A DNA stretch of 64,000 nt from an uncultured Oscillospiraceae bacterium (GCA_964609305.1 CAZSRK010000001.1:20411-84410), one strand, 5' to 3'. Counted from the stretch's first letter, positions 47,528 through 58,543 are shown. Notes: generated from the sequence alone by a model not told the origin. Made by a program: numbers and translations.

Positions 47528-48904
47528 ATGGATAAGGTTCTTAAAATCAAAAACGGAGAAATCGTAACCTCCGATTCCGTCATGCGTTCGGACATCTACG
47601 TGGAAAACGGGCGCATCGCTCAGATTGGCGGCGAGCTGCCCTGCGATATCGAATACGACGCGCGCGGCTGTCTTATCTTTCCCGGCTTTATCGACAGCCA
47701 CACCCACCTGGGCATGGACGCCGGCAGCACATGGACCATTGACGACTGGGCCAGCGGCACACGTGCGGCCCTCGCCGGCGGCACCACGACCGTTTTGGAC
47801 TTTGCGACGCAGGACAGGGGCGACACCCTTGCCCATGCGCTGGAGGTCTGGCATTCCCGCGCCGACGGGCATGCCTTTTGCGACTACGGCTTCCACATGG
47901 CCGTGACCGACTGGAACGGGCATACGCGCCGCGAAATATCCGAGATGCCGGCAGCCGGCGTGACAAGCTTCAAGGCGTACATGGCCTATGACAATCTGCG
48001 CCTTGGCGATGACGAGCTGCTGGAGCTTCTCCGGGAAACACGGGACATCGGCTATGTCGGCGTGCACTGCGAGATCGGAGTCGAGGTGAACCGCCGCGTG
48101 CGCGAGCTGCTCGGCAGCGGCTGCACCGGCCCGGAATACCATCCCCTGTCACGTCCAAACGAGGTCGAGGCGGCGGCTGTCCGACGGTTCATGGAGCTGG
48201 CGGAGCTGGCCGGATCGCCTGCATGGGTCGTGCATCTGAGCACCCGCGAGGGGCTCGCGGAGATACTCAGCGCCCGTAAACGCGGCCTGGACGTACTTAC
48301 GGAAACCTGCCCTCAGTATCTCGCGCTCACGGATAAGGTTTACATAACTGGAAGATTTGAGGCCGCTAAATTTGTCTGTTCCCCTCCGATACGTTCGCTG
48401 GCAGATCAGCAGGCATTGTGGGACGCGATCTCCGGCAATGAAGTTGACATAATATCGACAGATCATTGCAGCTTCAATTTTCGCGGTCAAAAGGAACTTG
48501 GCCGCGGGGACTTCTCAAAGATACCGAACGGTCTGCCGGCCATAGAGCACCGTCCGGCCCTGATATGGGACAGCGGAGTTGTCGGAGGGCGCATAACGGC
48601 CTGCCGCATGGCGCAGCTTTTGTCGGAAACTCCGGCAAAAGCTTTCGGGATGTGGCCGCGCAAGGGCAACATCAGCCCCGGCGCGGACGCCGATCTGGTC
48701 GTCTGGGACCCGGAAGCGGAGTGGACGATAACGGCGGCAGACCAGCTCATGCGCGCAGACTACTCCCCCTGGGAGGGCAGGCGGATACGCGGACAGGCCC
48801 GCGCCGTGTTCCTGCACGGACAGCTCGCGGCGGAAAACGGCGCCGTAAACGGAAAGGCTGCCGGACGCTACATCTTCCGCTCAGTACGTGTAGGGGCTGA
48901 TTAA
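47528..48904 (+). CDS. hyuA: dihydropyrimidinase/D-hydantoinase-family cyclic amidohydrolase (HyuA/YgeZ-like)
   Basis: PGFIDSHTHL, SFKAYMAY (carboxylated-lysine context), VHCE and STDHCSF. It starts 5 nt after the ade stop. Confidence 0.85.
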   Translation: MDKVLKIKNGEIVTSDSVMRSDIYVENGRIAQIGGELPCDIEYDARGCLIFPGFIDSHTHLGMDAGSTWTIDDWASGTRAALAGGTTTVLDFATQDRGDTLAHALEVWHSRADGHAFCDYGFHMAVTDWNGHTRREISEMPAAGVTSFKAYMAYDNLRLGDDELLELLRETRDIGYVGVHCEIGVEVNRRVRELLGSGCTGPEYHPLSRPNEVEAAAVRRFMELAELAGSPAWVVHLSTREGLAEILSARKRGLDVLTETCPQYLALTDKVYITGRFEAAKFVCSPPIRSLADQQALWDAISGNEVDIISTDHCSFNFRGQKELGRGDFSKIPNGLPAIEHRPALIWDSGVVGGRITACRMAQLLSETPAKAFGMWPRKGNISPGADADLVVWDPEAEWTITAADQLMRADYSPWEGRRIRGQARAVFLHGQLAAENGAVNGKAAGRYIFRSVRVGAD

Positions 48905-48913
48905 ATTTACCTC

Positions 48914-48952
48914 TTGCGTTCCGTGCGGAATTTGATATAATGTATGATACAT
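48914..48952 (+). promoter_or_regulatory. candidate promoter of the GntR gene with an overlapping palindromic operator
   Basis: TTGCGT, a 16-nt spacer, then TATAAT (48936-48941). The perfect 6-1-6 palindrome ATGTAT-G-ATACAT (48940-48952) resembles HutC/GntR GT..AC-type sites. Confidence 0.5.
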
Positions 48953-49006
48953 ATCTTACGTTATGTCGATATATCAATACAATGACCGCACAGGAGAAAT
49001 GTACTT

Positions 49007-49792
49007 ATGCAAAACAGCCCTATTCTGCTCAGCAAGCTTTCGCTTGACAGCGACATCCCGCTTTACTCACAGCTTGTGGGCATAGTAAAACGCAACATAT
49101 CTGCTGGGACGCTGACCGCCGGCGATCTCCTTCCCTCCGAAACCGAGCTGTGCAAGGCTTTTGACATCAGCCGCAGCACCGTGCGCCAGGCTATCGGCGC
49201 GCTGGAGAGCGAGGGGCTTGTCGTACGCAAACAGGGGCGCGGCACCTTTGTTGCCGAGCCGAAGATGCACAGAAAGACAGACACTGTGTATTCATTCACA
49301 AGCGAGATAAGCGCAATGGGTCTTACCCCGTCAAGCACGCTGCTCGAGTTCGACATTGTCGAACCGTCTCCGGAGATAATAGCTGTGCTGGAGCTGGGCA
49401 GTCCGGATACGCCAATATACCGCTTCTCCCGCATCAGGAATGTCGACGGTGAACCGCTGATACTGGAGACGAGCTATTACCCGCAGTACATCTATCCCCG
49501 GCTTACGCGCGAGCTTTTGCAGACACACAGTTTTTACAGCCTGCTGTACGAGGTCGGCATCGTACCTTTCTCCGCCGTGGATACTTACAGCGCCGTCACT
49601 CTCTCCGGGCGCGAGGCGAAGCTCCTCGGCTGCAACGCGGGGGATCCCGCTTTCTCCGCACAGCGCAGGACGAGGACGGAGTCCGGCATGACCTACGAAT
49701 TCACGCACAGCATCATCCGCGCCGATCGGGTGAGCCTCGACGTTGCGCTCACGCGCGACGGGGTCTCCTTCGCAAGGCGTGTTGACAAATAA
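49007..49792 (+). CDS. GntR/HutC-family transcriptional regulator (UTRA effector domain)
   Basis: LYSQLVGIVKRNISAGTLTAGDLLPSETELCKAFDISRSTVRQAIGALESEGLVVRKQGRGTFV is the GntR wHTH. The C-terminal region has UTRA-like length. Confidence 0.9.
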   Translation: MQNSPILLSKLSLDSDIPLYSQLVGIVKRNISAGTLTAGDLLPSETELCKAFDISRSTVRQAIGALESEGLVVRKQGRGTFVAEPKMHRKTDTVYSFTSEISAMGLTPSSTLLEFDIVEPSPEIIAVLELGSPDTPIYRFSRIRNVDGEPLILETSYYPQYIYPRLTRELLQTHSFYSLLYEVGIVPFSAVDTYSAVTLSGREAKLLGCNAGDPAFSAQRRTRTESGMTYEFTHSIIRADRVSLDVALTRDGVSFARRVDK

Positions 49793-50003
49793 AATCGCGA
49801 CAATAATCCCGGCCCGCGAAAACCTCGGGCCGGGTTTTTCCTATGTTACAGCAGGGGCGACTCGCTGGCCGCCGTTTTTTGATTGACTTTTTATCCCGGG
49901 AGCCTTTATAATTTATAATCATAGTCATAAACTGCCTATGGCTTTTTGCCGCGGGCCTTTCCGGGCCGCGCGGCTATATTTTCGGAAGGAGGCGGAACGG
50001 CAA

Positions 50004-50576
50004 ATGGAGGATGTCAGATCTATCGTCGCAAGCAATATAATAGAGCTTCGCACCAAGGCCGGCATGACACAGCTTGCGCTGGCCGAACAGCTCAACTATT
50101 CGGACAAGTCCGTCTCAAAATGGGAACGGGCAGAGTCGCTGCCCGACGTTGTCATACTAAAAAACATCGCGGACATTTTCGGCGTCACCGTCGATTATCT
50201 TATCAGCCCGCATGAGGAATACGTACGCCCCAGGAAGCAGCGCTCCATCCCCTATCGGACCATCACACAGATAGCAATAGCCGGTATCTGGACGCTGGCG
50301 CTGCTGCTGTTTATCATCTTCTGGCTGATGGGGGACGTCATCTGGCTCATCCTTCTGTACGCCGTGCCGGTTTCCTTTATAACGCTGCTCGTGCTCAACT
50401 CCATCTGGGAGGGGGGACGGCACAACTATATCATCATCGCTTCTCTCGTATTTTGCCTTATAGTGTGCGTTTATCTCACTTTTTTAAGCCGAAACTGGTG
50501 GCAGCTTTTTCTTCTGTCGATTCCTGCTGAACTTATTGTTTATCTGTGTTTTCGTCTGAAAAAAAACGTCAGATAG
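50004..50576 (+). CDS. XRE-family HTH protein with a C-terminal four-TM membrane domain
   Basis: The start at MEDVRS follows GGAAGGAGG. The HTH reads MTQLALAEQLNYSDKSVSKWERAES and is followed by hydrophobic helices. Confidence 0.8.
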   Translation: MEDVRSIVASNIIELRTKAGMTQLALAEQLNYSDKSVSKWERAESLPDVVILKNIADIFGVTVDYLISPHEEYVRPRKQRSIPYRTITQIAIAGIWTLALLLFIIFWLMGDVIWLILLYAVPVSFITLLVLNSIWEGGRHNYIIIASLVFCLIVCVYLTFLSRNWWQLFLLSIPAELIVYLCFRLKKNVR

Positions 50577-50786
50577 CGGCGTTCTACCATTGGTAGAGTC
50601 CCCTTCCGGGGGCTCTACTTTTGTTTTTCCATACAGTAGATGTGTCTCTCAAGGGAATAGGTTGAACTTTGATTTTTCCAATGTTACCGTTATTGGGCAT
50701 TGAGCACAAGCCCCTCCAGAGCCCGGCGCGGCGTCGCTTTTTTCCAGTCGGAGGGGAAATCCAGTCAGAAAACAAGGCGGTCATAA

Positions 50787-51647
50787 ATGATAAGATTATT
50801 CACAGACACATCCGCAAACCTTCCTCTCAAACTTGTGCGGCAAAATGGGATAACCGTTTTGCCGTTTTCCTACACCGTCAACGGGGTCGAGGCGGAAAAC
50901 AGTGCGGAGACAGACTTCGACGGCAAGGCCTTCTACGACTCCATGCGCAGCGGCTCTATCGTCAAGACCTCCATGATAAACATAGTGTCGTTCATGCTGC
51001 CATTTGAGCAGGCACTTAAAAATGGGGATGACGTTCTTTACATCGGCATGTCCGGTGGCATCAGCGGTACAGCCTCCTCCGCGGCGATCGCGATAAATGA
51101 ACTTAAAGAGGCCTATCCGCAGCGCAGGGCTGCCGCCATCGACACGCTCGCCGCCTCGCTCGGCGAGGGGATGCAGGTCCTTGAGGCGGCGCAGATGATA
51201 AAAGACGGGCTGGATTTTGACGAGATTGTCCGCCGCGTCGACGAAGCGCGCGCGACTATGTGTCAGTTTTTCACCGTCGACGACCTGGAGTACCTCAAGC
51301 GCGGCGGCAGGATAACCGGCGCGGTCGCATTTGTCGGCACTGTCCTGCACATAAACCCCATACTGCGCGGCGACGAGCTTGGCCGCATCGTCACCTGCGG
51401 CAAGACCCGCGGCATGAAACGCGCGCTTGATACGCTCGCCGACAAATACGACAAGCTTGTCCTCGACAGAGCCGCCCCCATCGGCATCGCGCATGCGGAC
51501 AATGACAGCGGCGTTGAATATCTGCTCGGGAAGCTGCGCAGCCTCGGCTTTTCGGGCGAGTGCCTGACCGTATGCTATGAGCCGGTCACCGGGTCGCACG
51601 TCGGCCCCGGCACGGTCGCGCTGTTCTTCCGCGGTCGGCATAAATAG
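50787..51647 (+). CDS. DegV-family fatty-acid-binding protein (second copy)
   Basis: MIRLFTDTSANLPLKLVRQNGITVLPF, 286 aa. Confidence 0.9.
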   Translation: MIRLFTDTSANLPLKLVRQNGITVLPFSYTVNGVEAENSAETDFDGKAFYDSMRSGSIVKTSMINIVSFMLPFEQALKNGDDVLYIGMSGGISGTASSAAIAINELKEAYPQRRAAAIDTLAASLGEGMQVLEAAQMIKDGLDFDEIVRRVDEARATMCQFFTVDDLEYLKRGGRITGAVAFVGTVLHINPILRGDELGRIVTCGKTRGMKRALDTLADKYDKLVLDRAAPIGIAHADNDSGVEYLLGKLRSLGFSGECLTVCYEPVTGSHVGPGTVALFFRGRHK

Positions 51648-51763
51648 CGTCTGTCCGGGCCGGACTTTTACGTCCCTGTTACTTATACGATAAACAGCCG
51701 CCTGTGAATCGCGGGATTCTAGTTGAATTTGGACAAATTTCCTCTTCTGCGGGTGGAAGACAG

Positions 51764-51792
51764 TTGACACTCGCCCGCGGACATGTTAGGAT
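51764..51792 (+). promoter_or_regulatory. candidate promoter driving the lysine riboswitch
   Basis: TTGACA (51764-51769), a 17-nt spacer, then TAGGAT (51787-51792). Confidence 0.5.
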
Positions 51793-51814
51793 ACATCTAA
51801 TAAAATTGGATCGC

Positions 51815-51965
51815 AGTCAGATAGAGGCGCGGGACTGATGAGTATCGCCGGAAGAGACAGGCATCTGTCCGGCGGGAAAGGCCGCTCCGCCGAAGCGTTC
51901 CGGCGCTGCCTGGTGCCGGGATGGCTGGGCCGCAGGGAAATACTCTGCGGACTGTCACATGAGTT
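51815..51965 (+). promoter_or_regulatory. lysine riboswitch (L-box) aptamer
   Basis: GATAGAGGCGCGGGACTGATGAGTATCGCC...GGAAAGGCCGCTCCGCCGAAGC...CTGGGCCGCAGGG...GCGGACTGTCACA matches the B. subtilis lysC L-box block by block (AGAGGUGCG, GAGUA, CGCCGAAG, CUGG, GGCUGUCA). Confidence 0.88.
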
Positions 51966-52012
51966 TCGTGTGAAGCGCTATCACGGGTCGAACCGGCAAA
52001 GTCCGTATTCCC

Positions 52013-52047
52013 TCATGAACCGCTTGACACAGGCGGTTCATTTTTTA
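52013..52047 (+). terminator. riboswitch expression-platform terminator
   Basis: ATGAACCGC-TTGACACAG-GCGGTTCAT followed by TTTTTT, about 45 nt before the transporter start. Confidence 0.85.
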
Positions 52048-52091
52048 ATGAGGCGGGTTTTTCCGCACAAAATAAACGGAAGGTGACATAA

Positions 52092-52934
52092 ATGAAGAGA
52101 CTCCTTGCATTGCTCCTGGCTCTTGCCATGGTCATGGGCTTTACCGCCTGTGGTTCCGAAGAGGTCGCGTCCGGCGTGGAGGACGGCGTGCTGACCATCG
52201 CCATGGAATGCGCCTACGCCCCGTACAACTGGACGCAGTACGACGACTCCAACGGTGCCGTCGCGATATCCGGCACCAACGGCGAATACGCCAACGGCTA
52301 CGATGTCATGATTGCAAAGAAGATCTGCGAGGCCAACGGATGGGAGCTTGAGATCATCCGCACCGACTGGGATTCGCTTGTCCCGGGCGTACAGACCGGC
52401 ACCTATGACGCCGTCATCGCCGGACAATCCATGACCGAGGACCGCATGGAGCAGGTCGACTTTGCCGGACCCTACTTCTATGCATCCATCGTCTGCGTAA
52501 CGAAGCAGGACAGCCCCTATGCCTCCGCGACCGGACTTTCCGACCTTTCCGGCGGTACCTGCACCGCGCAGATCGCCACGATCTGGTACACGGACATGCT
52601 TCCGCAGATCGAGGGCGCGCAGATACAGACCGCGGCTGAGACGGCTCCCGCCATGCTCATGGCGCTTGAGACCGACACCGTCGACTTTATCTGCACCGAT
52701 ATGCCGACCGCACTGGGCGCTGTCGCAGCATATCCTGACATGGTGATACTTGACTTCTCCGACTCCGACGACGGTTTCGAGGTCGACGAGGGCGAGATCA
52801 ATATAGGCATCTCCGTCATGAAGGGCAACACCGTGCTCAAGGACGCCATCGACGAGGTCCTCTCGACTATGACCGTCGACGACTTCAACGAGCTGATGGA
52901 TGAAGCCATTTCTATCCAGCCTCTGAGCGAGTAA
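52092..52934 (+). CDS. polar amino-acid ABC transporter substrate-binding lipoprotein
   Basis: The lipoprotein signal is MKRLLALLLALAMVMGFTAC. The rest has type-3 SBP-like features. Confidence 0.85.
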   Translation: MKRLLALLLALAMVMGFTACGSEEVASGVEDGVLTIAMECAYAPYNWTQYDDSNGAVAISGTNGEYANGYDVMIAKKICEANGWELEIIRTDWDSLVPGVQTGTYDAVIAGQSMTEDRMEQVDFAGPYFYASIVCVTKQDSPYASATGLSDLSGGTCTAQIATIWYTDMLPQIEGAQIQTAAETAPAMLMALETDTVDFICTDMPTALGAVAAYPDMVILDFSDSDDGFEVDEGEINIGISVMKGNTVLKDAIDEVLSTMTVDDFNELMDEAISIQPLSE

Positions 52935-53009
52935 TCGGGTGCACGGCGAGGGACGGCCATCGTCCCTCGCTTTTTCCCGTTTTTGAATTAAGGAAAGGAG
53001 CGTGTCCCC

Positions 53010-53891
53010 GTGAACAAGTTTGTCGAGCTCTTTGGCGACATTGGCGAGCTGCTTGAAACCTATGGCGGAGCCTATCTCGACGGCATACTCAACACGCTGG
53101 CGCTCGCGCTGGTGGCAACTTTCATTGGCTGCCTGATAGGTTTCCTGTGCGGCATTTTACAGACTATACCGCACTCCAAAACCGACCATCCGGTCAAGCG
53201 GTTCGTGCTTACGTTTATCCGCGCCGTCGTGCGCATCTATGTTGAGATCTTCCGCGGCACGCCGATGGTGCTGCAGGCCGTGTTCCTCTACTATGGCCTG
53301 CCCTATTTTTCCGACAACACCGTACGCTTTGGCAGCGTCTGGTCCGCGGCCATCTTCGTTGTGTCGATAAACACCGGCGCTTATATGGCGGAGACCGTGC
53401 GCGGAGGCATCCTCTCGATCGACCCTGGCCAGACCGAGGGCGCCATGGCCGTAGGTATGAACCATTTCCAGACGATGACGAGCGTCATCCTGCCGCAGGC
53501 CCTGCGCAACATCCTGCCGCAGATAGGCAACAATTTCATAATTAATATCAAGGATACCTCCGTGATGTTCATTATCAGCTTCACAGACTTTTTCGCCGTA
53601 CACCGCGCGGCCGTCGGCGCGACCTATCTCTACTTCCCCTCCGCGACGGTGGAGATGGCCGGATACCTGTGCATGACGCTGATAGCATCGTTTTTGCTGC
53701 GCTGGCTCGAACGGCGGCTTGAAGGCGCGGACAACTACGAGCTGGTACAGGCAGACCAGCTCACCATGGCGGCCGGAACCTACAACCATCCCGAGCGGGG
53801 CAGCAACTTTGACGAGCGCAGCCTTGAGTACGAGGAAGCCCGGAACCGCTCCAAATGGAACAGAAATCAAAGTTCGAGAGGAGAGCGGTAA
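53010..53891 (+). CDS. polar amino-acid ABC transporter permease
   Basis: His/Glu/Gln/Arg-family permease motifs ([27 protein letters not shown]). It has an unusual hydrophilic C-terminal tail of about 60 aa. Confidence 0.85.
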   Translation: MNKFVELFGDIGELLETYGGAYLDGILNTLALALVATFIGCLIGFLCGILQTIPHSKTDHPVKRFVLTFIRAVVRIYVEIFRGTPMVLQAVFLYYGLPYFSDNTVRFGSVWSAAIFVVSINTGAYMAETVRGGILSIDPGQTEGAMAVGMNHFQTMTSVILPQALRNILPQIGNNFIINIKDTSVMFIISFTDFFAVHRAAVGATYLYFPSATVEMAGYLCMTLIASFLLRWLERRLEGADNYELVQADQLTMAAGTYNHPERGSNFDERSLEYEEARNRSKWNRNQSSRGER

Positions 53892-53893
53892 AA

Positions 53894-54634
53894 ATGAGCG
53901 AGCCCATCCTGGAAATCCAGCATCTTTCAAAATCTTTCGGCCAGAACGAGGTGCTCCGGGACATCGATTTCACCGTCTCGCCGGGCGATGTGATAAGCAT
54001 CATCGGTGCCTCCGGCTCCGGCAAATCTACCCTGCTTCGCTGCATCAATCTGCTGGAGACCCCGACTTCAGGCGAGATACTCTTTCACGGCAAAAGCGTC
54101 CTCGCGCGCGGTGTCAAGGCTCCGCAATACCGGGCCAAGGTAGGAATGGTGTTCCAGTCGTTTAACCTTTTCGCAAATATGAGCGTGCTGGAAAACTGCA
54201 TGGCCGGCCAGATAAAGGTCCTCAAGCGAAAAAAGGACGAGGCAAAGCAGACGGCGCTGCGCTATCTTGACCGCGTCGGTATGCTGCCGTACATAAACGC
54301 CCGGCCACGGCAGATCTCCGGCGGGCAGAAGCAGCGTGTCGCCATTGCGCGCGCGCTTGCGATGGACCCTGAGATACTGCTATTTGACGAGCCGACCAGC
54401 GCGCTCGACCCCGAGATGGTCGGCGAAGTGCTCTCGGTCATGCGTTCTCTGGCACTCGACGGCATGACGATGCTCGTCGTTACGCACGAGATGAGCTTTG
54501 CGCGCGACGTCTCAAGCAGCGTCGTCTATATGAACCAGGGCATCATCTGTGAACAGGGCGCGCCGGAACAGGTGTTCGGCGCACCAAAACGGGCGGAGAC
54601 ACGCGAATTCCTCTCACGTTTTCTCCAGGGCTGA
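53894..54634 (+). CDS. polar amino-acid ABC transporter ATP-binding protein
   Basis: The start is [16 protein letters not shown]. Motifs are Walker [10 protein letters not shown], signature SGGQKQR and Walker [12 protein letters not shown]. Confidence 0.92.
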   Translation: MSEPILEIQHLSKSFGQNEVLRDIDFTVSPGDVISIIGASGSGKSTLLRCINLLETPTSGEILFHGKSVLARGVKAPQYRAKVGMVFQSFNLFANMSVLENCMAGQIKVLKRKKDEAKQTALRYLDRVGMLPYINARPRQISGGQKQRVAIARALAMDPEILLFDEPTSALDPEMVGEVLSVMRSLALDGMTMLVVTHEMSFARDVSSSVVYMNQGIICEQGAPEQVFGAPKRAETREFLSRFLQG

Positions 54635-54725
54635 ACCCCGCCACGGCGAATTCATCAGCCACCCGGCTCACAAAGCAGCTTCCCGGCCCCATTCAATGTC
54701 AACACTGCGCCCGATGGGCGCACCA

Positions 54726-54760
54726 AAGCGGACGCCTTTCCGGGCGTCCGCTTTTTTAGT
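54726..54760. terminator. bidirectional terminator between the ABC importer and the ADI operon
   Basis: AAGCGGACGCC-TTTCCG-GGCGTCCGCTT followed by TTTT. Confidence 0.8.
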
Positions 54761-54796
54761 TTTTATAGATTGATAGTATTTAGCAAGGCTTCGCAG

Positions 54797-56190
54797 CTAA
54801 AGTCCGGAAACCAGGGCCCCCAGAGCCAGGAACGCGGCAATCAGCACTGCGAACAAAACAATCAGCTTCCAGACAAATTTCACCCAGCGGTCATAGGATA
54901 CATGGCCAAGGGCCAGCGCGCCCATAACCACCGCTGCCGTAGGGGTGATAAGGTTCACAAGCCCGGAGGCAGATTGGAAAGCGGTTATGATCAGCGCCTC
55001 GGAGATACCGGCAAACTTGCCCAGCGGCGCCATTATCGGGATGGACAGCGTCGCCAGGCCAGACGAAGATGGGATAAGGACACTAAGGGGCAAATACAGC
55101 AGGAATACCAGAAGAATAAATGCAAGCGAGCTGGTACCTGCCAAAGCATTTTCGCCCCAATTGAGGACCGTATCCGTAATACGTCCCTGGTTCATCAGAT
55201 ATGTGATGCCCCGGCTGATGCCAATGATGAAAGCCACACCAAGAAGGTACGATGCACCGTTGACAAATTCCTCGGCGATGACCGATTCCTTCATGCGGTC
55301 GATCAGGCCGATAATAAGGCCCGCCACCAGGAACAGCCCCGACAGCTCAGGAAACCACCAGCCCAGAGCAGGCAGGGGTAGCCCCATATCATCAAAGGGT
55401 ATAACGGCATAGATCATGATGAGAAAGGTTAAGGCAAAAACCGTCAGGATAACCTTGCGTTTTCCCGTCAGCGGCGGCGCGTCCTCCGTCTTTCCGTGAT
55501 AAATCTCCCTGCCCCGGTTGACCACCACAGAGGCGGCGGGGTCTTTTTTTACCTTGGCCGCATAGGCCATAACATACCAGATGGCTGCCGCTTCAAATAC
55601 CAGCCACATGAGTATGCGCAGGACGATACCCTCTCCCAGCGATACGCCGGCAAAACCGGCGGCAATCCCGGTGGCGAAAGGATTAACAGTGGAACAGATG
55701 ACACCGGCCCCCGCTCCCAGCAGTACGACGGCAATACCCACAACGGTATCATAGCCCGCAGCCAGGAAAATGGGGATCAGAAGAGGATAAAAAGCCATAT
55801 AGTCTCCTCCCACATGCCGAAGCTGGTCCCGCCGAGGCCAAAGAGGATCATCAAAATTGGGATCAGCCATTTCTCCCGTCCGTCCAACAGCCTGATGACA
55901 TTGCTCACTCCGGCATCCACGGCTCCCGTGCGCATAACCACGCCCAGGAATCCTCCGACCATGAGGATGAATACGCACACATCCACAGCGTCGTAAAAAC
56001 CGTGAAAGGCGGCAAGGATCACATCGCCCACACCTTGAGGATTCTGTTCCTCCTCATGATAAGTGCCGGAGGCCGGAACATCCTCATGGTACTCGTACTG
56101 CCCCGCCGGGACGAACCATGTGGCCACGGCCACCAGTATGATAAGACAGAACAAAATGGTATAGGCCGTTGGCATTTTGAATCTGGACAC
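54797..56190 (-). pseudogene. YfcC/DcuC-like basic amino-acid (arginine/ornithine) antiporter-type permease, split by a 1-nt frameshift
   Basis: ORF 55777-56190 gives the N-terminal part (...ILMILFGLGGTSFGMWEETI). ORF 54797-55978, in another frame, continues with AFYPLLIPIFLAAGYD.... The junction is near 55797. It occupies the last position of the ADI operon. Confidence 0.7.
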
Positions 56191-56211
56191 AGGTATGTCC
56201 TCCTCTCCCGC

Positions 56212-57206
56212 TTATGCCAGCGTAGCCACCAGCACAGCCTTGATGGAATGCATCCGGTTCTCAGCCTCGTCGAACACCACGCTGTGGCGGCTGCGGAAGA
56301 CCTCGTCGGTGACCTCCCTTATATCCACGCCCTTGTCCATCCACTCTTTGGCCAGCGTGGTTTCAAAATCATGGAACGAGGGCAGGCAGTGCATATACAG
56401 CACGTCGGGGTTACCGGTCAGTTGCAGGGTCTCTTCCGTCACCCGGAAGGGGGACAGCAGCCTGGCCCGGTCGGGGATGAGATTTTCCTCACCCATGGAC
56501 GCCCAAATATCACCATAGATGACATCTGCGCCCCGCAGACTGTTCTTATCGCTGGTTATTTCAATTTTGGCGCCGGTCTTTTCCGCGGCCTCATTGGCGG
56601 CGGCCAGCACGGCGGTATCCACCTGTCGTACCAGCTCTTCCGGGCCCAATCCCACAAAGTGCATGCCCATCTTGGCGCAGCCATACATCCAGGCATAGCA
56701 CATGTTGTTGCGCACGTCGCCGGGGAACACCACTTTTACATCCTTCAGGGGTTTTGTGCAGTGCTCCTCGATCGTCATCATATCAGCCAGTATCTGGGTG
56801 GGATGATCAAGGTCGGTCAGCCCGTTCCACACCGGTACGCCGGACCATTTGCCAGGTCCTCGACTACCTGCTGGTCATAGCCTCGATATTCTATGCCGTC
56901 AAAGAAGCGGCCCAGGACCTTGGCGGAATCCTCCAGGGATTCCTTTTTGCCCATCTGAGAGGAACCGGAATACAGGAAGGTGACATGTGCGCCCTCCTGA
57001 GTTGCGGCCACCTCAAAGGAGCAGCGGGTGCGGGTCGAGGTCTTTTCAAACAGCAGAACGATATGCTTGCCTTTCAGCGTGGGCTCGCAGATTCCCGCGC
57101 GTCGCTTTGCCTTCAGATCGTGTCCCAGATCCAGCAGATAGCGGATCTCAGCAGTGGTCAGGTCATTGAGAGTCAAAAAGCTCTTTCCTTTCAAATTTAC
57201 AGCCAT
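56212..57206 (-). pseudogene. arcB: ornithine carbamoyltransferase, split by a 1-nt frameshift
   Basis: ORF 56817-57206 contains [18 protein letters not shown] 56212-56832, in another frame, continues with [20 protein letters not shown] and HCLPSFH. The junction lies in a short A/T run near 56848-56850. Confidence 0.85.
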
Positions 57207-57313
57207 GTTATTATATTACATCCTTTCAGTTTAGATTGAAAATTATCAGGGCTTTTTCAGGTGAAAAAGAAGCCTGTAAAAAGGTTGGATATCAAAGGGG
57301 ATCCGGAGGTGCT

Positions 57314-58543
57314 TTAGTCCACATCCTCCCGCCACAGCGGCATGGACATACATCTTGGGCCGCCCCGTCCCCGGCTCAGTTCCCCACTGGGGATAGTGTG
57401 GATTTTAACGCCGTGTTCCTCAAGCAGACGGTTGGTCACATAGTTGCGGCTGTACACCACCACCTCGCCGGGAGCAATGGCCAGTGTGTTGCTGCCGTCG
57501 TTCCACTGTTCCCTGGCCGCGTCTATCTCACTGCCGTGGCCACAGCGGATGAGCGTCACGTTGTCCAGATTCAGGTGCTCTTTAAGGATATCCTCCAGAC
57601 GGCCGTCCTCCTGGCGTATCTTTACCTGTCTGCGTTCATCCAGCTCCATGACAAACACCGTGATATCGTTTAAAATATTTGGGTGAACTGTGAACTTATC
57701 CCTGTCCACCATGGTAAAAACGGTGTCCAGGTGCATGAAGGAGCGGGTTTTTGGAATATCGAACGCCAGAATTTTTTTGAAAGTCCTGCTCTCGTTGAGA
57801 ACGGTGTACGCCAACTGGTCGATGGAGTCCTCGTGGGTGCGCTGGGATATACCAACGGCCAGCACCTCCGGCGACAGTACAAGGATATCTCCTCCCTCCA
57901 GCGAGGAGGTCTCGCCCCGGTCATACCACCGGGGCGCATTTTTGTACTCCGGATGGTATTTGAAAATGAATTTTCCAAACAGGGTCTCCCGGTTACGGGT
58001 CTGAGTATGCATTTTGTGGATACTTACACCTGTGCCGATGGTGGCAAAGGGGTCGCGGGTAAAATACAAATTGGGCATGGGGTCAATTATAAAGGGATAG
58101 TCGCCGCCGCTAAGGGTCAGAAAATCCCCCAATCGGGCTTTGTCTGACTCTTTAAGCTGGGACTTGCGCACACCGGCCATCATGGCGGATATCATCTCCT
58201 CATCGGACATGGATGAGAAATACTCCACCATCATCTCTCTGGCACGCGGCTGCTTTATGTCGGCCTCGTCCAGAAACTGATAGAGCAGTTCGTTTCGGAC
58301 CTGCTCGTCAGTGAGAGACTGCGCCACCAGGTCGGTGAGATAAACCACCTCCGCCCCTCTCTGGCGCAGGCATTCGGCGAAAGCGTCGTGCTCCCGCTGC
58401 GCCTCCTGAAGATAGGGTATATCGTCAAACAGCAGCCGCTCCAGATATTCCGGCATCAGGTTTTCCAGCTCCCTGCCTGGCCGGTGCAGCAGCACCTTCC
58501 TGAGTTTGCCGATCTCCGAAGTGTTATGGATTCCGGTATTCAA
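57314..58543 (-). CDS. arcA: arginine deiminase
   Basis: The TTG start at 58543 lies 7 nt after AAAGGAG and gives about 410 aa. Motifs are [24 protein letters not shown] and the catalytic-Cys context [10 protein letters not shown]. Confidence 0.9.
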   Translation of the reverse strand: MNTGIHNTSEIGKLRKVLLHRPGRELENLMPEYLERLLFDDIPYLQEAQREHDAFAECLRQRGAEVVYLTDLVAQSLTDEQVRNELLYQFLDEADIKQPRAREMMVEYFSSMSDEEMISAMMAGVRKSQLKESDKARLGDFLTLSGGDYPFIIDPMPNLYFTRDPFATIGTGVSIHKMHTQTRNRETLFGKFIFKYHPEYKNAPRWYDRGETSSLEGGDILVLSPEVLAVGISQRTHEDSIDQLAYTVLNESRTFKKILAFDIPKTRSFMHLDTVFTMVDRDKFTVHPNILNDITVFVMELDERRQVKIRQEDGRLEDILKEHLNLDNVTLIRCGHGSEIDAAREQWNDGSNTLAIAPGEVVVYSRNYVTNRLLEEHGVKIHTIPSGELSRGRGGPRCMSMPLWREDVD

